DNA from: Bdellovibrionales bacterium | GTDB taxonomy: Bacteria > Bdellovibrionota > Bdellovibrionia > Bdellovibrionales > UBA1609 | Reading direction: 5' to 3' | DNA length: 64,000 bases | Assembly: GCA_965219095.1 (NCBI GenBank) | Contig: CBDCMT010000001.1 | Coordinates: 576,001 to 640,000 of the forward strand | Shown here: one piece after another, positions 9,892 to 18,060 of the stretch | How the letters are laid out: every line of letters begins with the position of its first letter | Position numbering within the stretch: position 1 is the stretch's first letter | The notes under the pieces: model-generated | The model's input: the letters and a program-made list of their open reading frames with translations, nothing else | Told to the model about the DNA's origin: nothing | Database searches by the model: none | Program-made: the position numbers and the translations under genes

Positions 9892-10730
9892 TAAAAACCT
9901 TGCAGTGGGATTGATGAAAAATATATCATAATATTGACTTCATTCATTTTTAATTAAGAAGACTAATGAAAAAACAAATAAATTTTACTCATGTAATAAC
10001 TTTAAATTTAAAATTTCCTGTTAAACTTATAGTTCCGTCTTTTAAATTTTAAACTAAAAATGAACCTTAAAAACTTCTTTACCTCTCCTCACCCTTACTT
10101 TAGTTTTATCTTAATTTTTGAGATTTTACAACTATTTTAAAAGCTCTAAATGTCTGTATGCTCCATAGGTCTTTCTCTAAAAACCTTTCTTTAGGGGTTC
10201 TGGAGAGTCCTGTCTTTCAATCACTCCATGCTTTTTACCTTCTCTTTTATTAAGAACTTTTCTAGCTCCTCTTTTTTCCTGTTATTTGTCCTCTTGCTTC
10301 ATAAGGGTTTTTTAACAGGATTTTACCTAATTCCCGTCTTTTTCAAAACTAAGAAACTTTTATCTTTTCTTTAGAAAAAACAAAACCTCCTCTTTAAGCT
10401 CTTTAGGGTAATAAAGCGAGACTTCTTGTTTTCATTTTTCTGATTATGATGCTCAACTTTCTCTTTAAAAAATCTAAACCCTCTCCCCATACAGTTTTTT
10501 TTAGAAAAAATTCTTTTGAAAATTATAGCTCTGTATAAGGTGGTTTAAAGACTTAAACTATGGAGTTTTGTTTTTAAGGATAGGCTTGAACATCTCTTAG
10601 AAAGAGAGCAAGAGTTCCATGTTTTCTTTTTCCTATAATCCGTGTAAGACAAATAAAAACATTTTGAAGTACATTTTTTGTCACTTTATGAAAAAAATAC
10701 AAATCCTATAGCTCTTATTTTTTCTCACTT

Positions 10731-10746
10731 TGGCATAGAATTTGCT
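10731..10746 (+). promoter_or_regulatory. Sigma-54 (-24/-12) promoter candidate for the TraB/GumN gene
   Basis: TGGCATAGAATTTGCT: exact GG-N10-GC spacing. Confidence 0.55.
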
Positions 10747-10777
10747 ACGTAATTTGTATGAGTATTGCTATTTAAGC

Positions 10778-11809
10778 ATGAAAGAAATAAGAAAGAAGCA
10801 AAGAAAAATGAAAAGAAATATATTTCAAAGAAAAATAGTTGAATTTTTTTTAATATCTGTTTTATGCACTTTCCTTTGTTCTTTTGTAAGAATTCAAAAC
10901 AAGGCAGTTTCTCAAAAACTAGAACACCCTTCAAATGTTTATATTTGGTCTATTGAAAAACCTGGATTTAAAACTTCTTATATATTAGGATCTATTCATG
11001 TTAATGTAACTTCAATTATGCCTCCTCAATGGGTGGAAGATAAACTCAGGACAGAAACTCGGCTATTTCTCTTTGAACTCTGTCCTTCAGAATTACTAGA
11101 ATTTGAAAAACAAGAAAAAGAAAAAAAAATATTAAAATTAAGGGATCTTCCTGAAGGTGTGACGTTAGATCATCTTTTATCAGGAAGCTCTTATAAAAAA
11201 TTAGCTAAACTTTTTCTTGAAATCATAAATACTTCTGAAATGAAACTAAAATCCACAAGTCCACTTGGTATTGTTTTATTTCTTATGGAACTATCTTTCT
11301 TGGAGTTTCTTAGAGATAAAGGTCATACATTTTCTGAAAAAAAATATGATGATCATTTGTGCGAAATAGCTAAATCTGAAAATAAAGAAATGTCTGAGTT
11401 AGACAATTTAGATTTATTTTTATTCACATTTTCTCAACTTTTTGATGTAATTTTTTTAGAAAAATTACTTAGAGATATTGACATGGATAAAGTTCAAAAC
11501 ATAGAAGATGTTTTGAAACTAATTAGGAGAAATAATATACTCAATCAAGATAGTAGAGGGTTTGAACTCTTTCATTTAGGTGATCTTGAAAGTATAGAAG
11601 ACTTAATAATTGAAATAAAGCAAGAAGCTTACGAATATTATTATTTGATATTTGAAAATAGAAATCATCTCTGGAAAAAGTTAATCATAGAGGCCTTAGA
11701 GCGGGATTCTTCTTTTATTGTTGTAGGGATTGGTCATCTCGTCGGCCCCCATGGCCTTTTAAAAATTCTTAAAGAAAGGGGGTTTTCTGTTAAGAGGTTG
11801 TATGAATGA
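10778..11809 (+). CDS. TraB/GumN (TIKI) family protein
   Basis: IWSI......SYILGSIH, RN..W, FIVVGIGHLVGPHGLL..L...G; start probably ATG 10778 or 10808 rather than TTG 10742. Confidence 0.88.
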   Translation: MKEIRKKQRKMKRNIFQRKIVEFFLISVLCTFLCSFVRIQNKAVSQKLEHPSNVYIWSIEKPGFKTSYILGSIHVNVTSIMPPQWVEDKLRTETRLFLFELCPSELLEFEKQEKEKKILKLRDLPEGVTLDHLLSGSSYKKLAKLFLEIINTSEMKLKSTSPLGIVLFLMELSFLEFLRDKGHTFSEKKYDDHLCEIAKSENKEMSELDNLDLFLFTFSQLFDVIFLEKLLRDIDMDKVQNIEDVLKLIRRNNILNQDSRGFELFHLGDLESIEDLIIEIKQEAYEYYYLIFENRNHLWKKLIIEALERDSSFIVVGIGHLVGPHGLLKILKERGFSVKRLYE

Positions 11810-11820
11810 GTCTGTAAACT

Positions 11821-12290
11821 AGGGGGTATCGTCAATGGATTTAATATGGTAATTGGTACAATCTTAGCTCAAGAAAAGGAGTGAAGGATATCAAGAAGAT
11901 AGAAATTAACAACTTAAAACATGGAAGAAGATAGAGTTTTTACTTCTCGGTCGGAAAAAAGTAGTAAGAGTTAGAAGCAAAAAACAACCGAAAATTTGTT
12001 AACTTAAGTCCTATGGATTTTGGGGGCTGGATCCTCTTGGAGGTCTCTTCCAGAACCTTATAGACACTCAAAGAACGTTAGCTTTCGTTTCATTTGTTGG
12101 GAGAAATCTGGAATTTCTAAAGAAGATTTTTTTCATCTTATAAAAAATTCTAAAAATGAATATCTTTTTATTAATAGCACTATAGTACGAGTTCATCAGC
12201 ATTCTTTTAGTGCATAAAAGAAGGCTTTGGCTTTGAGGCGTTCCAGAGGAGGTTTAAGTGGAAAAATTCATCTTGTATAGATATCCATAA
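11821..12290 (+). pseudogene. Degraded IS5-family (IS427-like) transposase
   Basis: Fragments WRSLPEPY, F.NSTIVRVHQH and RSRGGLSGKIH separated by stops and frameshifts. Confidence 0.75.
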
Positions 12291-12439
12291 AAGTTTAGCT
12301 ACAATTGCATAATTTTCTAGATTGATTATAATGTTGGTATGAGATGAGAACATGCAAGTTACGAAAACATTGACTTTTTTCATGATAGGTCACTCTTAGT
12401 GGGAGCAAGTTTCTGGACTTTAATTCAGAGGCTACAGGC

Positions 12440-12458
12440 AATAAGAGTGAGTAGTTAC
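12440..12458 (+). mobile_element. IS66-family (single-ORF type) right end
   Basis: GAGTGAGTAGTTAC matches the right end at 49646-49659 and is inverse to the left end GTAACTGCTCAC at 60899. Confidence 0.65.
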
Positions 12459-12465
12459 AAATTTT

Positions 12466-13987
12466 GGCTCCTCCCGGGAATCTGTGGGTGAAAAGTAGCT
12501 AGAAATCCCCCAAAAAGGCTCATATTAATCAAAGCAAGAGTAAGACATTCTATCTTGTATTTTTGAGTTCTTTGAGGCCCTTACTGGCCTCTATCACCTC
12601 CGGTGATTGAACTCAAAAACATTCATTTTATTTGCTTTTATTTGCTGTGTTACATTAAAATTTTAAAAAAGAAGCACCTACTTCCCAGATGCCTTAAAAT
12701 GTTATTCAAAAAAAAAAAAAAAGGAGGGAAGAGATGCTTTTGAAGACTATACTAAATGATTGTTTAAGATGGAAGTCTTTTGTATACGGAGACATTTATT
12801 TTTCAAAAGATAGAAAGTCAATTAATGTTCCTATTAAGGCTCGTAAAAATGGCCAAGCTTTTTGTAGTGTTTGTAAGAAGCCCTGTTCAGTGTATGACAG
12901 CAGTAAATCATCACGGGACTTTGAATCCCTTCCTATTTTAAGTTACAGGGTGTTTTTTGTTTATTTTGTAAGAAGAGTTAATTGTCCTTGCTGTGGGGTA
13001 AAAGTTGAGTATTTACCTTGGGCCGATGGTAAGAAGAGTTTAACGATCTTTTACATGAAGTATTTAGCAGACTGGTGTCGTCACCTGTCTTGGAAAGAGG
13101 TTTCTTGTAAGTTTCATGTCAGTTGGAATCAGGTCTATGCTTCGGTAGAATGGGTCGTAGAATATGGGTTAAAACAAAGGGTTTTAAAGGGAATACAAGC
13201 TATAGGTGTAGATGAAATACAATGGAAAAAGAACCATCAGTATCTCACCTTAGTCTATGAAATAAGCAAAGAAAGTGTTCGTTTGCTATGGATAGGAGAA
13301 AAAAGAACAGAAAAGAGTTTTAGAAAATTCTTTGATTTACTAGGAGAGAAGTCAAAAGATATACGGTTTGTGTGTTCTGATATGTGGAAGCCTTATTTAA
13401 AAGTCATAAAGGAGAGGGCAAGTGGAGCTTTACACATATTAGATCGGTTTCATATCGTAGCAAGACTCAATAAGGCTTTAGACGAAGTGAGAGCTTCAGA
13501 ACACAAAAAAATGAAAGAAGACGGGTATGAACCCCTTTTAACAAAAGCTAGATGGCCCTTGTTAAAAAATGCAGAAAATTTAAAATCTTATGAGAAAGTA
13601 AAATTAAGGCATTTAATACAGTACAATTTAAAAAGTATCCGCTGTTATCTTTTAAAAGAAGACTTCCGACAGTTATGGACCTATGTTTCACCAACTTGGG
13701 CTGGTAAATTTATAGACAGTTGGACGAAACGAGTCATGCTTTCAAAAATTGAACCTATGAAAAGAGAAGCAAAAACCATACGAAGACATAAGCTACTTAT
13801 TCTTAATTACTTCAAGGCTAAAAAAACCTTCTCCTCAGGGATTGTAGAGGGTTTAAACAACAAAGTAAAACTCACTATGAGAAAATCTTACGGCTTTAGA
13901 ACCTCTAAAGCTATAAAAATCGCCTTATATCATAACCTTGGAAAACTGCCAGAACCTCCGGGAACCCACAGATTCTTTTGAGGAGGC
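12466..13987 (+). mobile_element. Complete ISL3-family element with 8-bp TSD CAAATTTT
   Basis: Ends GGCTCCTCCCGGGAATCTGTGGG...CCCACAGATTCTTTTGAGGAGGC; TSD at 12458-12465 and 13988-13995; second copy at 59371-60891. Confidence 0.95.
12734..13981 (+). CDS. ISL3 transposase
   Basis: Zn-finger CSVC/CPCC, IGVDE, CSDMW, LDRFH, VEGLNNKVK...SYGFR. Confidence 0.95.
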   Translation: MLLKTILNDCLRWKSFVYGDIYFSKDRKSINVPIKARKNGQAFCSVCKKPCSVYDSSKSSRDFESLPILSYRVFFVYFVRRVNCPCCGVKVEYLPWADGKKSLTIFYMKYLADWCRHLSWKEVSCKFHVSWNQVYASVEWVVEYGLKQRVLKGIQAIGVDEIQWKKNHQYLTLVYEISKESVRLLWIGEKRTEKSFRKFFDLLGEKSKDIRFVCSDMWKPYLKVIKERASGALHILDRFHIVARLNKALDEVRASEHKKMKEDGYEPLLTKARWPLLKNAENLKSYEKVKLRHLIQYNLKSIRCYLLKEDFRQLWTYVSPTWAGKFIDSWTKRVMLSKIEPMKREAKTIRRHKLLILNYFKAKKTFSSGIVEGLNNKVKLTMRKSYGFRTSKAIKIALYHNLGKLPEPPGTHRFF

Positions 13988-13993
13988 CAAATT

Positions 13994-14281
13994 TTAAACT
14001 TTTTTTTGGGAGTTTTTTTTAAGCTCTTCTTCATAAGCTTTAAGAACAGTTTTTTCTATGTGAATTCTCGCCTCTTTTGTAATGGGATGAACTATGTTCT
14101 GAAAACTACCATCTTTTTTTTGCAAAGAAGGCATTGAGAGAAAAAGACCTTTCTGTCCTTCAATGATTTTAATTCTTCTAATAATAAAACAAGATTCGAA
14201 AACAATTGTAGCATAGGCCTTCAATTTACTATCTTGACTCTTTTGCGGGATGAAAATAGACGTTTCTGATATGTTAAGCAT
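13994..14281 (-). CDS. spoVG: SpoVG-family nucleic-acid-binding protein
   Basis: LKAYATIVF..CF.I..IKIIEG.KGLFLSMPS..KKDG.F..IVHPI; RBS GGGAGG. Confidence 0.93.
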   Translation of the reverse strand: MLNISETSIFIPQKSQDSKLKAYATIVFESCFIIRRIKIIEGQKGLFLSMPSLQKKDGSFQNIVHPITKEARIHIEKTVLKAYEEELKKNSQKKV

Positions 14282-14364
14282 TAGGACCTCCCTATAGTTA
14301 TTATAAAAGATTTTTTCAAAAAAAATAAGAGAATGTTAATTTTTGAGAAAAAGACTTTTTTTAC

Positions 14365-14408
14365 ATTTTAAACATCTTTTTTGAAGTCATAAAAAAGATG
14401 TTTAAAAT
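14365..14408. repeat. 18-bp perfect inverted repeat upstream of spoVG
   Basis: ATTTTAAACATCTTTTTT-GAAGTCAT-AAAAAAGATGTTTAAAAT. Confidence 0.7.
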
Positions 14409-14680
14409 TAGGAATTAGATAAGGTGAAGGGCTTTGCCTAATAATTCATCTTAATATGGTTTTAAATGATTTGAGATTTTTTCCTTTTCAAATCAAATTA
14501 AATTGACTTTGAGGTATTTATTCAACAAAGCTGGCTTGAAGTTTAAAGTTTTTTTAAAAAAGAAAGATGTTTCAAAAGAATACATACTCATATGGATGAC
14601 TAGCTTTTTTAAACGAGGGATTTTCGCACTAAGACAAAGCTAGCAAAACCCTCTCTTAAGGGGTAGGCTTTAAGAGATTT

Positions 14681-15208
14681 ATGGAAGAGTCAAAAGTTTT
14701 GATTTTAAGCCTCTTAGAGGTTTTAAAAGAGTTAGAAAAACTTCTTACTTCCCTTTCTAAAAAGGATTATATTTTAGAGAATTCTTCATCCTCCATAGGG
14801 GCTCATGTACGTCACTGTATAGAGCATGTAGAGGAGTTTCTCAAAGGTTGTCAAACAGGGAGAATCAACTATGATAAAAGAAAAAGAGACAAAGCCCTTG
14901 AGACCTCTTCTTCTTTAGCTCTAGAAAAAGTCCAAACCCTCAAAAAAAAGTTAAAAAATTTACAGAAATCTAATTCTTTTAAGAAGAAAGATTTGGTCTT
15001 AGATTTCATTCTACATGAAAAGGAGCAATTTCGTTATTTGTCTTGTCCATCAAATCTTTCAAGGGAGTTATTGTTTCTATTTCAGCACACACTCCACCAC
15101 CTTGCTCTTTTGGATCTCATGCTAAAAGAGCGTAAAATTGATATATTTCTTTTATCACAAGCTCCTTCTACTTTAGCTTATAGAAGACCAATTTTTCTTG
15201 CTAAATAA
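14681..15208 (+). CDS. DinB-family protein
   Basis: SIGAHVRHCIE, INYDKRKRD, RELLFL..HTLHHLAL. Confidence 0.88.
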   Translation: MEESKVLILSLLEVLKELEKLLTSLSKKDYILENSSSSIGAHVRHCIEHVEEFLKGCQTGRINYDKRKRDKALETSSSLALEKVQTLKKKLKNLQKSNSFKKKDLVLDFILHEKEQFRYLSCPSNLSRELLFLFQHTLHHLALLDLMLKERKIDIFLLSQAPSTLAYRRPIFLAK

Positions 15209-15210
15209 AA

Positions 15211-15993
15211 ATGTGTACTTTGGCTATTTTATCAGATAAAAGATCAAGCCTCATTGCCATGAACAGAGATGAAGCTTATGAGAGGCCTAGTACAAAAAAT
15301 ATTGTTATTAAAAGAGCTTTTCAAAAAGAGTTTTTAAAAGCAAGTATGAGTCAAAAGGATTTTCATAAGCCTTATGTTTTTACTTATCCTGAAGATGAGC
15401 TTAAAAAAGGAACTTGGATAGGAGTAACAACTCATAAGATGGTTATTTGTGTTTTAAATAACTACAAAAAGGCTTATAACACTCAAAAAGCAGACTTTTT
15501 TTCTAGGGGAGAACTTCCTCTCCTTTTATCGGAAGAAGCGTCTTTATCGGATTCAGAAGAGAGGCTAAAGAGTTTAGATCTTAGCCATTATAAACCTTTT
15601 TATCTTGTTTTGTTTCACTATAAGGAAGGGTTTAGGCAATTTGTTTTTGATGGAAAGGACTTTGTGGTGATAAAAAAAAGTTTTAAAAGTTTTTTTCTTA
15701 CTACATCAAGATATAGCCAGGATATTCATTCTTTTCGTTATAAGATGTTTGAGTCCGTTTTAAAAGCCCCTAAAAATAACCAAAAACTTGAACTTAGAAG
15801 AGCTTTCTTCCAGAAATTTCAAGAAGATAAAACAAAAGGGATCTCTATGGAGGGTTCTCATTCAGGGACTAAAAGCTATACTGAGATTCTTATAGAAGAT
15901 TCTTCTGTGATGTTCTCCTATTATAACTTTCCTCCTTCTCATTATTCAGAAAGAGAGTTTTTTAAACGTGCGTCTTTTGTGCATTTGCTTTAA
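15211..15993 (+). CDS. NRDE/TANGO2-family protein
   Basis: MCT start, NRDE, GTWIG, SRG.L, PF.L. Confidence 0.9.
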   Translation: MCTLAILSDKRSSLIAMNRDEAYERPSTKNIVIKRAFQKEFLKASMSQKDFHKPYVFTYPEDELKKGTWIGVTTHKMVICVLNNYKKAYNTQKADFFSRGELPLLLSEEASLSDSEERLKSLDLSHYKPFYLVLFHYKEGFRQFVFDGKDFVVIKKSFKSFFLTTSRYSQDIHSFRYKMFESVLKAPKNNQKLELRRAFFQKFQEDKTKGISMEGSHSGTKSYTEILIEDSSVMFSYYNFPPSHYSEREFFKRASFVHLL

Positions 15994-15995
15994 TA

Positions 15996-16104
15996 GAGAA
16001 AATCTTACGGCTTTAGAACCTCTAAAGCTATAAAAATCGCCTTATATCATAATCTTGGAAAACTGCCAGAACCTCCGGGAACCCACAGATTCTTTTGAGG
16101 AGGC
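15996..16104 (+). mobile_element. ISL3 right-end fragment
   Basis: Nearly identical to 13879-13987. Confidence 0.92.
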
Positions 16105-16307
16105 AAACTTTTAAGCATATGCTAAAGATATTCTCTCATAAAGGAAATTTAATTTTTACTTCTTTCATAGATTTAGGGGGTTTTCATGGAAATGGGGCTT
16201 ATTTTATAGAAATTGAAGTTGAAAAAAATCCTTTATTTAAGTTAAAGAAAGGTTCAAAAACACTTTGGCTTCAAGGAAGTATTTATTTGAAACCAAATTT
16301 TAAAAAT

Positions 16308-17198
16308 TTATAAAGTTAAATCACATTTTTTTGTATCGTTTTCCTTACTTTTCCTTTCGACTTTTATAGTGAGAGTATTATCTTCACTTTTCTCACTGAA
16401 AGCATCTATAAGTTTTTGAGAGGAATCAAGAGATGTTTGGTTCACTTCTAAAAGAACGTCTCCCTTACTTAAAACTCTCAAAACCTTAGGGGATAAGACA
16501 TTTTTTACTTTTAATAGACCTGAATCTTCTTCGAAAAAAAAGCCTTGAGCTTCTCTGTCATTTATACTTTCATTTTCAAAAGCAGTTTTCAAAGCATCAG
16601 ACAAGTCTTCCCAAGAGTTGAATTCAGAGAAAGCATCTAGGAGTTTATAACTGGAAAGTTCAGAAAAATTGATCTTATCGATGGGGAAACCAAGTAAAGA
16701 ATATTTTTCATTTTCTTTAGGTTCTGGATTTATGAAGATGATCTCTTGTTTTTTATTGATTTTAAGTAAAGCGAATTTTTCCTCTTCAAATTCTTCTACA
16801 GTTTCTCCTACAAGCTGAGTACTATAAGCTTGATTATTGAAGATAACAAAGATTTGAGGCAGGTTTTCAAGGAGGTCGCTTCTTGCTACAAGGAAGCCTT
16901 CTTTGTGAACTATAAGGCTGTTTTCATGTTGTATTTGAAGTTGGCAGACGTCTTCTAGATCTTGTGTCACAAGTTGTAGGGGAAGGATTAGATCAGGAAG
17001 TGAGGAGGGAGTTTTCCCCCTAGCTCTTTTTTCAGGAGGAGTTAGGGATTCTTGAGAGTCAGATTCATCTTTATTGGATTTTGTTAATTTTGTATTGGTT
17101 TTAAATGGTTTTAAAAATTGTGTTTCCTCCATTGAGCTTGAACATGCTGTGATGGAAAAGATGAACGTTAAAAATAGTTGGTTTTTATAATTTTTCAT
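16308..17198 (-). CDS. Lipoprotein with degenerate HtrA-like domain and C-terminal PDZ
   Basis: Lipobox ITAC; L..GDVLLEVN...TIKVER (PDZ); RBS GGAG. Confidence 0.65.
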   Translation of the reverse strand: MKNYKNQLFLTFIFSITACSSSMEETQFLKPFKTNTKLTKSNKDESDSQESLTPPEKRARGKTPSSLPDLILPLQLVTQDLEDVCQLQIQHENSLIVHKEGFLVARSDLLENLPQIFVIFNNQAYSTQLVGETVEEFEEEKFALLKINKKQEIIFINPEPKENEKYSLLGFPIDKINFSELSSYKLLDAFSEFNSWEDLSDALKTAFENESINDREAQGFFFEEDSGLLKVKNVLSPKVLRVLSKGDVLLEVNQTSLDSSQKLIDAFSEKSEDNTLTIKVERKSKENDTKKCDLTL

Positions 17199-17560
17199 AA
17201 AATCACTCCTTTTCTTGTTTTTTTCTTACTTTTTAAGACTGCAAGCTATGCCACCTTCCTTAGGGCCTTTATTTTAATGTAAGCAAGCTCTCAGTTTTTT
17301 GTGACAAAAAGGGCTTGTCAGTTGATCAATTTTTATACACTTTGACTTCTTTTCTTTTAAGGGTACGTCTTGGACTACAGACCTTACTATAATTGGCTCC
17401 TCCCGGAAATCTTTATTTTCAGGTTAAAGGACTTTTCTTTAAGTCTTCTCTTCCAGAAAAGGATAAAAAATCATCCTCTTCTCATTCGGCTAAAAAAAAG
17501 AAATAAAAATTAAAAATCACATCCACTGTTAAAACTAGAGAATCTTGATTTTGAAGTTTT

Positions 17561-17925
17561 TTAACAGTTGATTTTCAGATCTACTAAATTGTCAAACAAA
17601 GCTTCTGCATTATCTGCATTAAGATTAAAAAGGAAAGACCTGTCTTCGATTGAAGCTCCTAAAAACTCAATAAGCTGAACAATGTTAGAAGCTGTTATCC
17701 ATGTGCTTTTTCTACCGTCTTTTAATTTCTCATAGTTTTCTAAATTTAAGGCTCCTCCCGGGAACCCACAGATTCTTTTGAGGAGGCAAATTTAATTTCA
17801 AGAATTTAGCTACTTCCATAACTGATTTGTTAGATTTTAGTCGAATGTTTTTCAATTTATAGCAAATACAAAGAGCAAAAAAAATTCCTTCAGACTCTTT
17901 TTTGGGTATCTTATAAAGTTCGACA
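17561..17925 (-). pseudogene. XRE-type HTH regulator split by an ISL3 mini-element
   Basis: Removing 17750-17795 restores LKNIRLKSNKSVMEVAKFLKLNLENYEKLKDGRK...KINC*. Confidence 0.6.
17750..17787 (+). mobile_element. 38-bp ISL3 mini-element (left end fused to right end) with 8-bp TSD AAATTTAA
   Basis: GGCTCCTCCCGGGAACCCACAGATTCTTTTGAGGAGGC; TSD at 17742-17749 and 17788-17795. Confidence 0.9.
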
Positions 17926-18060
17926 TATCAAGAAAGAATTATAAAATCAAAAGTAGGTCTTTTGCAACTATCACATTTTATGCTGTATGATCTTTATCTC
18001 TGTTACTTTCTACTATAGAGGGTTAAATATTTTTTCATAGACGTCCTATTACATTTTTTT

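Noticed and set aside
9900..10700. Long gene-free stretch with purine-skewed, coding-like minus strand
   Set aside because: Probably a decayed gene, but no motif could be recognised to assign it
16095..16313. 72-aa ORF
   Set aside because: Starts inside the ISL3 end and has no recognisable motif
17236..17255. Sigma-54-like TGGCATAGCTTGC upstream of the PDZ lipoprotein
   Set aside because: GG-GC spacing is 8, not the required 10
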